Program-made: the position numbers and the translations under genes
Notes under the pieces: model-generated
What the model saw: only the letters and a program-made list of their open reading frames with translations
Told to the model about the DNA's origin: nothing
The model's database searches: none
Part shown: piece after piece, positions 19,206 through 29,476 of the stretch
Layout of the letters: each line of letters opens with the position of its first letter
Numbering within the stretch: the first letter of the stretch is position 1
Origin: a virus
Direction: 5' to 3' (one strand)
IMG/VR virus record: IMGVR_UViG_3300017991_000051
Span: 105,253 to 169,252 of that record
DNA: 64,000 nt

Positions 19206-19523
19206 TTACTGAGCAAACACGCCAGCGACCTCAGGATCCTGCAGCAACGCGGCTACCTGATCCTGTGTGCCAAACGTCATACTCTCCAAGCTGGCAGCTG
19301 CAGCCTTGACGAGGTCGGCTTGCGAACCCGCTTCGGGAGCTGCTTCATTGGACTGATGCATCCGCGTCATGACGGCAATCTTCAGGAGGTCCTGAAGTTC
19401 GTCTTCACTCTGCACCTGCACGCCCAGCTCGGCCAGTTTGCTCATGAAAGCAGGCAGATACACCTTCTCGGTGATCACAGCAAGTTTCTGTTCCATCGCC
19501 TTGTTGGTATCTTCCGCTGACAT
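19206..19523 (-). CDS. Hypothetical protein
   Basis: Start re-assigned to ATG 19523 with a GAGGAG SD. Confidence 0.6.
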   Translation of the reverse strand: MSAEDTNKAMEQKLAVITEKVYLPAFMSKLAELGVQVQSEDELQDLLKIAVMTRMHQSNEAAPEAGSQADLVKAAAASLESMTFGTQDQVAALLQDPEVAGVFAQ

Positions 19524-19558
19524 GTTGATTTCTCCTCTCTTATGGTCGAAAACCCACC

Positions 19559-19588
19559 GGGCGCCCGGCTCGGACGAGCCGGACACCC
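19559..19588 (-). terminator. Stem-loop after the major capsid gene
   Basis: GGGTGTCCGGCTC-GTCC-GAGCCGGGCGCCC (13 bp with G:U) followed by GGTGGGTTTT. Confidence 0.55.
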
Positions 19589-19627
19589 AAGGGCTGTGTT
19601 CAATTCCGTTTCACGGATGGCACTGAC

Positions 19628-20596
19628 TTAGTAGCGCCACACGTCGAGATCCTCGACCGTACCCGTGAAGTCGGCACGCGCCACGCCGGCGACGTTACCG
19701 ATTGCACTACCCAGCTCTTCGTAAGCGAAGAAGTTGAGCATGTAGGCCTTTTTCTCGATGTGCATGGTCGTGTCCTCGAGGATGAAGAACTTCCCGAGGA
19801 ACTTCGGTTCCGCGAACATGTACATGCTGCCGTCACCCACCAGATCGCGCTTGATCGTGATGATCCAGCGGACGGCGAGGAAGGTGCGTTCCGCAAAGCC
19901 GTTTCGGACGATTTCCTCGGAGAGGTCACCACCGACTTCGTCACGGCCCCACTTCTGCAGGTCCTTCACGAACACGTTGTTGATCAGGGCCGTCGAGACT
20001 TCGAGATGGCTCGGGGTCTGAGGCATGATCTTCAGCGCGTCGTTGACTGTTTCACGGGTCACGCCACCACCGAACGTGCGCCACTGGATGGTGCCCGTCT
20101 CGGGAACGACCTGATTCAGGCCCACGAGGGCCGCGATGCAGGCGCGGATGGCTTTGCCGTCTTCTTCTGCCAGCATATCCTTGATCGCGTTGTCGGACAG
20201 GACCTGACGAATGTCCATGTCCCATGTACGCAGCCGGCCCACGTCGGTCGTGAAGTTCGGCGTAACAATACGGTCGAACATAACACGGTACCGGGGACCT
20301 TGGATGTACCGGTTCATCGGAAGGGTGGCGTACGGAATGCTGATAGCCGCCGGGCTGTCAGGTTCCTTATCCACGACCTTCACGTTCTTCTCCGTGTCGA
20401 CCTGGCGATCCAGCTCATCATTGCTGATGGGCACCGGAGGAAGAATTTTGCGCCAGAAACCGTCTTCACGCATCTTCACGCGGGTGAAGTCGTTGACGGC
20501 CTGTTGGGCGTCCTTCTGAAGGGCACTGTCATCCGACGTGATCTTCTCGAAGAAAGCCTGGTTGATTGCCTTGGTTGAGTATTCTTGCTCACTCAT
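19628..20596 (-). CDS. Major capsid protein (HK97 fold)
   Basis: About 322 aa, from MSEQEYS; REDGFWRKILPP...AEEDGK...FAEPKFLG...FFAYEELG; protease-scaffold-decoration-MCP synteny. Confidence 0.8.
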   Translation of the reverse strand: MSEQEYSTKAINQAFFEKITSDDSALQKDAQQAVNDFTRVKMREDGFWRKILPPVPISNDELDRQVDTEKNVKVVDKEPDSPAAISIPYATLPMNRYIQGPRYRVMFDRIVTPNFTTDVGRLRTWDMDIRQVLSDNAIKDMLAEEDGKAIRACIAALVGLNQVVPETGTIQWRTFGGGVTRETVNDALKIMPQTPSHLEVSTALINNVFVKDLQKWGRDEVGGDLSEEIVRNGFAERTFLAVRWIITIKRDLVGDGSMYMFAEPKFLGKFFILEDTTMHIEKKAYMLNFFAYEELGSAIGNVAGVARADFTGTVEDLDVWRY

Positions 20597-20682
20597 GACT
20601 TTACCTCTTGTTGGTTGTTCACAACCTTGTTTGGTTCCAGCGGCCATTACGACCGCCGGAACCGGCACGTTATTGGCCACAA

Positions 20683-21213
20683 TTAGTCACTGCTTACCGG
20701 AGGGCACTCCAGTGGCGGCAGCCACACGGGCCAGAACCGAATCACTGTACGCTGGAATTCGTTCGTCAGAACACCGTCACTGACAACACCGCAAATGGTG
20801 TCCGTGTAGGCGGTCCCCGGCTTGATGACGCCGGCGTCGGCTGCGCCAGGGGCGCCCGCTGTCAGCGTATCGTTCGGGTTGTAGTTCTGATCCGAGTCGT
20901 ATTCCGTCGACTCGACCTCGAGGCCGGATACTGCGACCAGACCGGACATACGAGGGATTCCGCTGCCACTGCCGACGAGGTTGTAGTCGTCACCGACCAC
21001 ATCGTAATTCGTGCTGGTGTTCAGCAGGAAGATCGGCATTGCAGCACATTCCAAACCGAGCTGGAAGTTGCCGTTGGAGTCCAGCGACACGACCTGACCG
21101 CGGTATGCGGTGTCGTCGCCACTGTAGTCCGCGTGCTTGTCCACAGCGTACGGGCTTGGCCAACCCTTGACAGGATTGAGTTCGTGATCGTACATTTGTG
21201 CAGGTGTACTCAT
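20683..21213 (-). CDS. Capsid decoration/cement protein
   Basis: 176 aa, beta-rich, immediately upstream of the MCP. Confidence 0.6.
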   Translation of the reverse strand: MSTPAQMYDHELNPVKGWPSPYAVDKHADYSGDDTAYRGQVVSLDSNGNFQLGLECAAMPIFLLNTSTNYDVVGDDYNLVGSGSGIPRMSGLVAVSGLEVESTEYDSDQNYNPNDTLTAGAPGAADAGVIKPGTAYTDTICGVVSDGVLTNEFQRTVIRFWPVWLPPLECPPVSSD

Positions 21214-21245
21214 TTCCCTACTCCTTTGTGTTGTACCTTTCGCCG

Positions 21246-21584
21246 TTAGCCCATCAACCGGTCAACGAAGACCTGATCAGCGGACGGCTTCTCGTTATCG
21301 TTGGCCTTGGTTTCGTCGCCCTGTCCGATGGAAGGGGCCTGTACCAGTGCCGCCGTTTTCTCCAGCATCTCGAGAATTTCTACCGGGTTTTCGCTCAGCG
21401 CCTTAACCTTTGCCTCCTTCAGATGAGGACTGACGAGGCCTTGCTGTATCAGCGCGTCAACGACTGCCGGAGCCTTCTCTGAGAGCGTACTCGTCTGCTG
21501 GGATGCCTTCTCCAAAATGGATTGTGCACCACCAACATACTCTACAACCTTACGCAGCTTGTCAAGATCATAAAGAACGTTCAT
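21246..21584 (-). CDS. Hypothetical head-assembly protein
   Basis: 112 aa, helical, with K-x-A motifs. Confidence 0.6.
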   Translation of the reverse strand: MNVLYDLDKLRKVVEYVGGAQSILEKASQQTSTLSEKAPAVVDALIQQGLVSPHLKEAKVKALSENPVEILEMLEKTAALVQAPSIGQGDETKANDNEKPSADQVFVDRLMG

Positions 21585-21587
21585 CAG

Positions 21588-22880
21588 TTATTCTCCCTTC
21601 TTGTCGTCTTCCTTCGGAGCGTCGGCGTTCCGCGCGGCAGCGATCTTCTCGACCGCCTTACGCAGTTCAGCTTTCTTCTCCTCAGTCGACATATCTTTCC
21701 AAGCCTTCTGTTCAGGCTCCGTCTTCGCTTCAGCAACCTTCGGTGCCTCCGCCTCGGCGGCGACTGCTTCCTCGGCTACTGCCGGAACCGCTGCTGCCGC
21801 TTCCGCGGGGACGGCTTCGCCACCACCCTCGGCCAGTGCCAACAGTTCTTCCGGTGTCACTCCGGCTTCGATCAACGCTTGCACGATCTGTGCGAGATCG
21901 TCCTCGGCGGGCCCCTCGGCAACCGCCCCAACGTCCGAAGCGTCTTCCATTACCGGCGCCGCGTCACCCGCCGCTTCGGGGGCAACATCTTCGACCGGCA
22001 TTGGCATGGCCGACTTGCTCTTGAATCCCTTCAAGAATTCGTCCACGTTTATAGCGTCGACCTCCGCGCTCTTCAGCACGCTGCCAACGATTTCTTCCGC
22101 TGATGCCTGTGAGGTTGCTTCCTCACCCATCTGCAACTGGTCGGTGACCAGCGATGCCGCCTCTTTGCCGGCCTCTTCGGCCTGCTTCACGGACTCGTCG
22201 GACTTGTCTTCCGCTTCAGCGGACTTTGGGCAGGGGTTATCCTCCGCCTCCGACTCGTCGTCCTTATCCTTGTCCTCGGCCTTCTCCTTCATATCCTCGG
22301 CCTTTTCCTTTAAGGCTGGGGGAAGGTCAGCAGCTGGCTTTTCCTCGGCGGACTTTTCGCCTTCGGCTGGTTGCTCAGCTTCCGCGGACTTCTCGCCCTC
22401 TTCGGCCTGCTTTTCGCCTTCGGCTGGTTTTTCCGCTGATGCCGGCTTCTCCGCAGCGGCCGTGGCCACCGCGATGTCTGCCAGGATCGTGTCGCCCATG
22501 TCACGCAACTGGGCTGCGGAGTACTTTTCGCCCATGTCAGCGCGAGCTGGCATCGACGTGCCCGGGTCATCCGGCTTCGCCTTTACGCTCGCAGTTTCAA
22601 CCGACGGATCTTCACCGGTGGGCGCAGCCTTGGTGCCAATGGAATTGGACGGAACGTTCTCGCCCCGACCAGGCCCTTCTGCCGCTGCCCCGGAAGCTTC
22701 GTCGACTGACTCTGCTGGGATCTCGGACTTCACATCGCTCTCGTTCTCTGCAGCACGAGCGCCAGTAGGAGCTGGCCGGTCACCGTCATCCACCTTAGGA
22801 AGGGCGGTAGGCGGTTCCTCAGCCTTCTTCTCCACACTTTCCAGAAGCCACTTGTCCAGATCGTCAAGAAAGCTACTCAT
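21588..22880 (-). CDS. Acidic low-complexity scaffold-like protein
   Basis: 430 aa, A/E/K/P-rich, between protease and MCP. Confidence 0.6.
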   Translation of the reverse strand: MSSFLDDLDKWLLESVEKKAEEPPTALPKVDDGDRPAPTGARAAENESDVKSEIPAESVDEASGAAAEGPGRGENVPSNSIGTKAAPTGEDPSVETASVKAKPDDPGTSMPARADMGEKYSAAQLRDMGDTILADIAVATAAAEKPASAEKPAEGEKQAEEGEKSAEAEQPAEGEKSAEEKPAADLPPALKEKAEDMKEKAEDKDKDDESEAEDNPCPKSAEAEDKSDESVKQAEEAGKEAASLVTDQLQMGEEATSQASAEEIVGSVLKSAEVDAINVDEFLKGFKSKSAMPMPVEDVAPEAAGDAAPVMEDASDVGAVAEGPAEDDLAQIVQALIEAGVTPEELLALAEGGGEAVPAEAAAAVPAVAEEAVAAEAEAPKVAEAKTEPEQKAWKDMSTEEKKAELRKAVEKIAAARNADAPKEDDKKGE

Positions 22881-22924
22881 CGTTTCTCTCCCTTTGTTTA
22901 ACCGATTCCTTACTGTTCATAGTA

Positions 22925-22954
22925 ACAGTAACACACCTTGTGCAACAGCGTCAA
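22925..22954 (-). promoter_or_regulatory. Candidate promoter for the scaffold-capsid operon
   Basis: TTGACG-18 nt-TACTGT with TGn extension. Confidence 0.4.
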
Positions 22955-22981
22955 CCGTTTTCAACCGGCTTTTTTCACCAT

Positions 22982-24478
22982 CTAATTGCCGGGTATATAA
23001 TGCTGCAAAACGGCCCTTTCTGTCAACACCCGATTACTCATACCTACCCGCTGACAAAAGGCTACCTTGTACATCGCGTACGCAGTAGCCATACGTTCCG
23101 CCAACGGGGAAGCCGCTACCTCACTCCGTTTCTCCAACTCCAGCGGCCCCTTCATCTTGAGCGGAGATTTGCCTCGTAAGATGGTAATCGTCACACGCCG
23201 ACGTACAGGTTCATCGTCCAGCGAATTGCCGGGGATCAACTTGCAGATGGTGTCACGCGCGGCGCGCGGAAGAATACCATCGCCTAAGTCGAAATCATCC
23301 AAGTCGGAAAGTGCGCCCATCGGCTTCGCGGCAATACGGCCGAAGATGCCGGGGAGCAAATCACTTGCCTCCTCAACGTGATTTTCCACTTCACCAAATC
23401 GTCTACCGAGTATGATCTTCAAAAAATCGCGCAATGACAAGCTTATTTTCGCGTCGGCCAACGAACCGAGCAGATCGTGAACCTGGCCGCGGGGAACGTC
23501 CATCCTCCGCATGTCATCGTCATCGATACCAGTGTGCGCGTCCGGATCGAATGCGAGGATGGTCCGGTTGATAGGATGGCCGGCGTCGGCTACCGCCTCA
23601 ATATCCTTTTCAATATCCGCCAGTTTCCCGATCATCGACAGCTTCGTAAGTACGGGGCCGCCGTACAACGGATCCGGCGCTTCCACTGGAGGGAACAATG
23701 TGAACTGCTCCGACAGCTCCGAACCGGACACAATCCTCGAATCGTCGGATGCTGCCTTCAGCAGCCCGAAAGCGATGCGGTCTGCCGGCACCGTCACCTC
23801 ACTGATATCGAAGTAGAGCATGTGATCGTTCAGGACCCCGATGTTATTCCCCTGCTTCGTGATCTCGCCCATGTGGTTTTTGGCGTGGTCGCAGTACTCC
23901 TTCCGGCTCTTCGCCTTGTTGCCACACTCGGTGCAGACGTCGAAGGGGACCTTGCAGCTCATGCTGAACGGAACGTCCTCGCCCGACGCCAGCTTCTGAA
24001 TCTCATTACCCCATTTGTCGTTCACGACCTTGATCATCAGCTCGACGCGGGACATGGCGTCGTTGTGGGCGGACTTGAATACATCACCCTCCGCCTTCTT
24101 CGGATCCTTATTGACGTGATGCCGGTATACCTTCGCAAACTTCTCGAACGTCTTGTGCGTCTCGATGTTGCCCTTCGCGATCTTGACCCGACGCGTTTTC
24201 CCGTCCTTCGGGTTCGGGATATCAACGTACCGGCTCTGCTTGAGGAAGCCGTCGCCGTTCCGGTTGAATCCGTAGGCCTCCGCGTCGCCCATCGCGATCA
24301 GGTGGATGAAGGAGTGACCCTTTTCCGGCTTGATGTCGAGACCGCGGAAGACGCCGGCGGCCGCGCGCTTCGACATCCATGAGGAATCGATGCCGCGACT
24401 GTGTACGTCGACGAGTGCGCACAGCGGATCGCTGTAACCGAATGATGCGGGCAGGATTGTCTTTACGAATGGTTCCAT
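22982..24478 (-). CDS. Prohead maturation protease
   Basis: NRNGDGF, RHHVN, FSMSCKVPFDVCTECGN..CDH and FDISEVTVPAD: assemblin-type protease with a Zn insert. Confidence 0.75.
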   Translation of the reverse strand: MEPFVKTILPASFGYSDPLCALVDVHSRGIDSSWMSKRAAAGVFRGLDIKPEKGHSFIHLIAMGDAEAYGFNRNGDGFLKQSRYVDIPNPKDGKTRRVKIAKGNIETHKTFEKFAKVYRHHVNKDPKKAEGDVFKSAHNDAMSRVELMIKVVNDKWGNEIQKLASGEDVPFSMSCKVPFDVCTECGNKAKSRKEYCDHAKNHMGEITKQGNNIGVLNDHMLYFDISEVTVPADRIAFGLLKAASDDSRIVSGSELSEQFTLFPPVEAPDPLYGGPVLTKLSMIGKLADIEKDIEAVADAGHPINRTILAFDPDAHTGIDDDDMRRMDVPRGQVHDLLGSLADAKISLSLRDFLKIILGRRFGEVENHVEEASDLLPGIFGRIAAKPMGALSDLDDFDLGDGILPRAARDTICKLIPGNSLDDEPVRRRVTITILRGKSPLKMKGPLELEKRSEVAASPLAERMATAYAMYKVAFCQRVGMSNRVLTERAVLQHYIPGN

Positions 24479-24483
24479 AGTAT

Positions 24484-25467
24484 TTACCTGATTGGTACGC
24501 TCGGGCTCACCAGCTCAGCAGGTTCGTGGCCTCGTAGCCCCCACTTGCTCCCAAGGGCCGCGCCGATGGGATCCATACCCTGGGCTGCTAACAGGACCGC
24601 GAGCGGACCGAACCTGCCAACGCGGCCGCCGATCCTACCACCGAGTCCGGCCGTGCCCTTGGCACGCTGCATCGCTTCGCGTACCGCCGGCTTGCCCTTA
24701 GCAACAACGCTCTCCCTGACAGCTTTGCTCGGTAAGGTAGCGAGGCTCGCCGGTATTGGTAGCTGTGCCCCCGGACGCTGCTTTTCCGTAACCTTCTTCA
24801 AACGCTTCAGTGTACGCAGCTTGGCGCGCTGCTGACCCATCGCCTCCGCGACTGCCTTCTCGTGCTTGAACTTCGCTGGCACCCAATGCCTGAGTATACC
24901 AGCCGCGCCGCCGACACCTTTCCCGCCAGCCCTGCCGACGCTTGCTGGAATATTCAACCGTCGAGCGCTTTCGGTAGTCCTGACACCACCTTTGTCGATA
25001 ATCTTCTTGATACGTTCTTCCGGCACCAATCCCAACACGGCGAGGGTAGCCAATATAGGGTCACGGCTGAGCGTCCGGTAATCTGTCTCCGTGGCTCCGG
25101 GCACGCCCTTTGGAGTTACGCGCCGTGTGTCGCCTTTCGGCTTCGTTACCGCTTTCACAGCTTCAGGAATAGTTGGGGTCTCGGGTTCGGCCGCCGCACG
25201 TCCGGCCAGATGACCGAGGCCACCGCCGGTTCCGGCGCCGAGCAGTAAACCGATAAGCGCGCGTTTCCGTGCCTTCTCACGATCGGTGGCGGACAGCCAG
25301 CCTGTCAAGCCGCCGAGGCCGCCGCCGACGCCAGCGCCAAGCAGGATTGATCGCCAATCCGGCCCCTGTGCTTCCTTCACCTGCAGGGTATCACCGATGG
25401 CCCGCCGGACTTCCTCCTGCGCCACCATCTGTGCTGCCAATCGCTCAGCTTCTTTCTCGATATCCAT
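24484..25467 (-). CDS. Glycine-zipper membrane-type virion protein
   Basis: LLGAGVGGGLGGLTG and LLLGAGTGGGLG helices following a KEA motif. Confidence 0.6.
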   Translation of the reverse strand: MDIEKEAERLAAQMVAQEEVRRAIGDTLQVKEAQGPDWRSILLGAGVGGGLGGLTGWLSATDREKARKRALIGLLLGAGTGGGLGHLAGRAAAEPETPTIPEAVKAVTKPKGDTRRVTPKGVPGATETDYRTLSRDPILATLAVLGLVPEERIKKIIDKGGVRTTESARRLNIPASVGRAGGKGVGGAAGILRHWVPAKFKHEKAVAEAMGQQRAKLRTLKRLKKVTEKQRPGAQLPIPASLATLPSKAVRESVVAKGKPAVREAMQRAKGTAGLGGRIGGRVGRFGPLAVLLAAQGMDPIGAALGSKWGLRGHEPAELVSPSVPIR

Positions 25468-25469
25468 GT

Positions 25470-26756
25470 CTATGCTCCCGCGGCAGCCGGCGCCCCAGGC
25501 ATCGCCATCGGGGCCAGCGGTTCACGTTCCTTCTTCAAACCAACTTCCGTAGTCACCAAGTTAGCCAGCTCATACGGATCCAGAATATCGCTCTCCACCG
25601 CCTTGCGGAGGACGCCGCGCATCATCGCCGGCGATTCCGCCATCCTCGGTGCAATGGCCGCAATCTCGTTGTAGGTGTTTACCACCCGACCGGGCTCGGC
25701 CTTGCTCAACACCTCGTCGGTGGTGAGGAAGTCGTTGAGCATCATCTGCGCTTGGATCAGCTTTCGCTCAGCCTCGTAGTCCGGAGGTAACGTGGCCGCG
25801 GCCGCGCTGGGGAACTCCTCAGCTACCGTGCTCTTCGGGAGAGCCTTGACCAAGCTTCCCAACGTCCCGCCGAAAAAAGGGGCAAGGGGACCCCCAGCCC
25901 CTAACTTCGTGAAGATCCGCCTTCGCATCTCGAGCGCGTCCCGATACTCCTTCGTGGAGCTGGACTCCTTCGAGAAATCACGGAGTGCGGTGAGATACGC
26001 GTCCCGTTGGTCCATGACGTTGGACAACAGCGCGTAAGGCTCCTTGTCCTCGTACTTGACGGGAGTCGCCGCTTCCGCACGCTTCTCACCGAACGATGCG
26101 CCCTTCGACATCTCCCACGCCGCGTTCATCAGCGGCCGGACGGGTTCGCCCCAATGCTGGAGCGCCGCACGCTCCACGCGCTCGAACGGCTCGTGGACGG
26201 TGGACCGGAAGTACGCCGCAAACTTGTTGACCTTGTCGAGGAGGGACATCCGGGCCGAGGCCATCTTGTGCCGCATCTCCTCCACGATACGCTCGCGCCG
26301 GTACAGCTCGTTGTAGGCGCGCTTGAGCAGGATATCGAAGCTCTGCTTATCCCACGAGTGCTCTTCCGGATTGTTGTCGAGCGTCGGCTGCGAATCGAGA
26401 CTGAAGAACCGCTTCTCCTCCATGTTCGTCCCCGCCGGCTCCCACTCCGCCGACTTCTTCTCCACCGGCGTCTCCACCGATTCCGGCCAGATCTGCTTGA
26501 TGATCACGTCCGGATCAGCGATAGCGAAACTGTCGGCCTTCGCCTCACCCGACGCTTCCTTCTGGTGCTTCAACGACTTCGATACGTTGAACGCCTCAAC
26601 CATCCGGCGAACAAAGTTCTGATTGTAGCCGTGGTTGGCCGCCACCTTCGCGATCGCGTCGTTCGGATGGGCGCCCTCGTTCGCAAACCCGATGGCTTCC
26701 ATTACGGAATCAACGAGTTCCGATTCCTGCTTACTGGTCATAGCCTCAATTGACAT
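25470..26756 (-). CDS. Hypothetical head-associated protein
   Basis: About 428 aa, ATG with GGAG SD; helical; K-x-A motifs. Confidence 0.65.
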   Translation of the reverse strand: MSIEAMTSKQESELVDSVMEAIGFANEGAHPNDAIAKVAANHGYNQNFVRRMVEAFNVSKSLKHQKEASGEAKADSFAIADPDVIIKQIWPESVETPVEKKSAEWEPAGTNMEEKRFFSLDSQPTLDNNPEEHSWDKQSFDILLKRAYNELYRRERIVEEMRHKMASARMSLLDKVNKFAAYFRSTVHEPFERVERAALQHWGEPVRPLMNAAWEMSKGASFGEKRAEAATPVKYEDKEPYALLSNVMDQRDAYLTALRDFSKESSSTKEYRDALEMRRRIFTKLGAGGPLAPFFGGTLGSLVKALPKSTVAEEFPSAAAATLPPDYEAERKLIQAQMMLNDFLTTDEVLSKAEPGRVVNTYNEIAAIAPRMAESPAMMRGVLRKAVESDILDPYELANLVTTEVGLKKEREPLAPMAMPGAPAAAGA

Positions 26757-26758
26757 GG

Positions 26759-27328
26759 TTACGCTCCTGCATATTGTCTCACCCGGCCCCACAACTGCCC
26801 CAACGGCTTCTGGAGGTACGGCGTAGCCAAACCACCAAGCAGACCCGTCAACAACATGTTGCGAAGGTACGGTTTTCTCTCCTCATCACGTCCGCGGCCA
26901 CGAAGGGCCGTATACAAAAGTCCGCCGAGTCCCGCCGCACCCGCGCCGGCGAGTGCCTTCCCCCACGTCCCGGGATCCCCCCAGCTTACCTGCGGGATGG
27001 CCCCGGTAAAACGTTGCCACCATCCGGGCTGCTGCGCTGGAGCAGGCGTCGCTGCCGGCATAGGAGGCGGTGCACCGTATTGCTGACTGACCGCAGCCGG
27101 CTCGTCCATCTCCATAGGGGGAACGGCTTGCGGCCCGGCCGACGCTTTCTCCATGCAGGTTCCGATGGTGCCCCACAGAGCGGCGTAGGTCTCGTCATCC
27201 ATGTCCGCCGACTTACAGAAGTCGTCGACATGATCGATGAAGGTGTCGAGGGTGATTACAAACGGTTTGACCGCTGCCGCGGCCTTCTCAAATTCATCCA
27301 GCTTCTGCAGTACAGGCGTAACGTCCAT
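26759..27328 (-). CDS. Glycine-zipper membrane-type virion protein
   Basis: ALAGAGAAGLGGLLY and LLTGLLGGLA helices. Confidence 0.6.
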   Translation of the reverse strand: MDVTPVLQKLDEFEKAAAAVKPFVITLDTFIDHVDDFCKSADMDDETYAALWGTIGTCMEKASAGPQAVPPMEMDEPAAVSQQYGAPPPMPAATPAPAQQPGWWQRFTGAIPQVSWGDPGTWGKALAGAGAAGLGGLLYTALRGRGRDEERKPYLRNMLLTGLLGGLATPYLQKPLGQLWGRVRQYAGA

Positions 27329-27355
27329 GGTCAAGCTCCTATAGGTAGGCGGAGA

Positions 27356-28465
27356 CTATTTACCTTTCCTACCAGTTTTAGCGTGAATTCGACTCAATAT
27401 CAAGTTCTTTTTTCTCTCACGATCTACACGGGCCACCTCGGCACGCTTCTGCTGCGCATCCGGCAGCATATCCACTTCCGGCAATTTTGTAGCAGTGCTA
27501 CCCGGTTTCAGTGACTTCGCCAACTCGATGGCATCTTTCGCCACCTGCCGCTTCTTCATCACCGGCGCCGGCAACTCCTTCACTTCCTCGCCGGCCAGCT
27601 CCGCTACCGTATCACGCAACCGCGGTTCCGTAGCCGCCGGCACGTTCGAATCCTTCGTCGCCGCCAAGCTGAACTGGAGTGCCTGCAGCATCACCGCCGC
27701 CCCCGCCGCCATCTGCCCCTCGGGCGTGCTCGCATCCTCTTCGTCTGAAATGCTCTTGATCGCTACGTGCTCTTCCATGATCTCGTGTGCATTGAACTGG
27801 TTCGGAGACCGCACCAGCAACGCACGCGCGGTACCCCTGCTCACTTGAGCATCGATCAGGTTCTGTATGTTCTTCCTCACACAATCAGGCAGGACCTCGA
27901 AGGTCCAGAACGCCTTCAGTATGTTGGGACCATACCAGTAGCCCAACCCCTTCCAGAAAAAATCGCAATCGTTCGTCGCGTATCCATCCATCGCCGCCGG
28001 CGACAACAGCTCGTTGATGATGTACAGCTGATTGTTCAGCCGGTCCCGTACGTCATAGAAGAACGTCTCGTAAGCCGCTATGACAGCAGGCTCGCAACCA
28101 ATATCCACGGCGATCTCCGCCGGAGTCGCGCCCGTCAATATCATGGACTCGACGGCCCAGCGGAGGAACGTTCTCCGCTCCGAGATCGTAAACGCCGAAA
28201 AGAGATCCGGCCACTCCTTATGCAGCTTCATAGCCGCCGGCGCCGAATCCCGGTTCTTGGCGTTTATCGCATCCAAATACCGTTCGTGTGCGACGAAGAA
28301 ACGGAAGCCACGCCTGACCTCGTCGTCATCCAGCTTTGTAAAGCCTGCGCTCTTCCGGCCGGACGCCTTGTACTTGATGTACAGCTGCTCAACACGCTGC
28401 CAGCGCCAGTCGCGCGGCCGCAGCGGCCCCATCAGCACACATATCTCCGTCTTTCGTCCGCTCAT
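27356..28465 (-). CDS. Hypothetical protein (369 aa)
   Basis: Long ORF in the operon; possible internal HTH (ATPAEIAVDIGCEPAVI). Confidence 0.65.
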   Translation of the reverse strand: MSGRKTEICVLMGPLRPRDWRWQRVEQLYIKYKASGRKSAGFTKLDDDEVRRGFRFFVAHERYLDAINAKNRDSAPAAMKLHKEWPDLFSAFTISERRTFLRWAVESMILTGATPAEIAVDIGCEPAVIAAYETFFYDVRDRLNNQLYIINELLSPAAMDGYATNDCDFFWKGLGYWYGPNILKAFWTFEVLPDCVRKNIQNLIDAQVSRGTARALLVRSPNQFNAHEIMEEHVAIKSISDEEDASTPEGQMAAGAAVMLQALQFSLAATKDSNVPAATEPRLRDTVAELAGEEVKELPAPVMKKRQVAKDAIELAKSLKPGSTATKLPEVDMLPDAQQKRAEVARVDRERKKNLILSRIHAKTGRKGK

Positions 28466-28471
28466 GCGTGA

Positions 28472-29476
28472 TTACGGCATCTCCGTCGCATCCAACAACA
28501 GGACGCCGTACCCCAGTTCGGGATCCCACCCGTTCTTGTTCGTATCATCGGAGACACGCCTGAGCCACTTACGAAACTGTTTCAGTACATCCTCGCCCGT
28601 GGGCATCTTCGCCCCACCGGCTACAGCTTGTGCTTCACGCGCCTCCCTCCATCGCAACGCCACCGCCGCAAGCAGTGGTGTCGCCATCGACGTGCCAATC
28701 ATCTTCCCGTAGGTGCTCCGGCCCGGCAGGCAGCCCCAGTAGAACTCGAGGCTCGCAATCGCCACCTCCGGCTGTGCCGACTTGCGTACCGCGCCGACGC
28801 CTATGGTACTGAACCACGCCGGCAGGTCATCCTTGTTCGCCGACGCAACTGAAATTACGGTCTTGTAGGCGGCGGGATACGACGCATACATCGATCCCTC
28901 CAGCCGCTCGTTGCCGGCGGCCGCCACGGGTATTACCCCTGCGGATACTGCGTTTTCCAACGCCTCGCGCATTTCCGGGCTCGAGCTTGGGCCTCCGATG
29001 CTCATGGAGATCACACCGCAGCCGCCAGTCACGCACGCGTTCACAGCGCTCGCCAAGTCGTCGGCGACGCCCGTGCGACGATGGTCACGGCTGTCACCGT
29101 AGATCACACGGCAGTGGAGTGCCGTAGCCTCCGGCGCTGCACCGACGATACCGTGCCCGTCAGCCTTCGCTACGATTTCTCCGGTACAGAACGTACCGTG
29201 GCCGCAATCGTCACGCCATACCGGTTCCTGGCTGTTACCGCGGATAAAGCTGGCGCCCTTGACCTGTTTCCGGAGATCGCAGTGGTGGATATCACAACCG
29301 GTGTCGAGTACGCCCACTCGCTGACCCTTCCCCTTGAAAGGTATAGATTCTATACCCGCGTGGCGGATGGCCCAGTCCTTATGCTCCTTCGCCGCAAACG
29401 GCTCCATGGTGATCTCAAGGATCCGGAAATCGTCAACGCGGATCTGCGGAATGCGGTTATCTCGTGTCTCGGTCAT
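28472..29476 (-). CDS. Subtilisin-family (S8) serine peptidase
   Basis: VGVLDTG, GHGT, AAAGN and GTSMATP motifs. Confidence 0.92.
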   Translation of the reverse strand: MTETRDNRIPQIRVDDFRILEITMEPFAAKEHKDWAIRHAGIESIPFKGKGQRVGVLDTGCDIHHCDLRKQVKGASFIRGNSQEPVWRDDCGHGTFCTGEIVAKADGHGIVGAAPEATALHCRVIYGDSRDHRRTGVADDLASAVNACVTGGCGVISMSIGGPSSSPEMREALENAVSAGVIPVAAAGNERLEGSMYASYPAAYKTVISVASANKDDLPAWFSTIGVGAVRKSAQPEVAIASLEFYWGCLPGRSTYGKMIGTSMATPLLAAVALRWREAREAQAVAGGAKMPTGEDVLKQFRKWLRRVSDDTNKNGWDPELGYGVLLLDATEMP

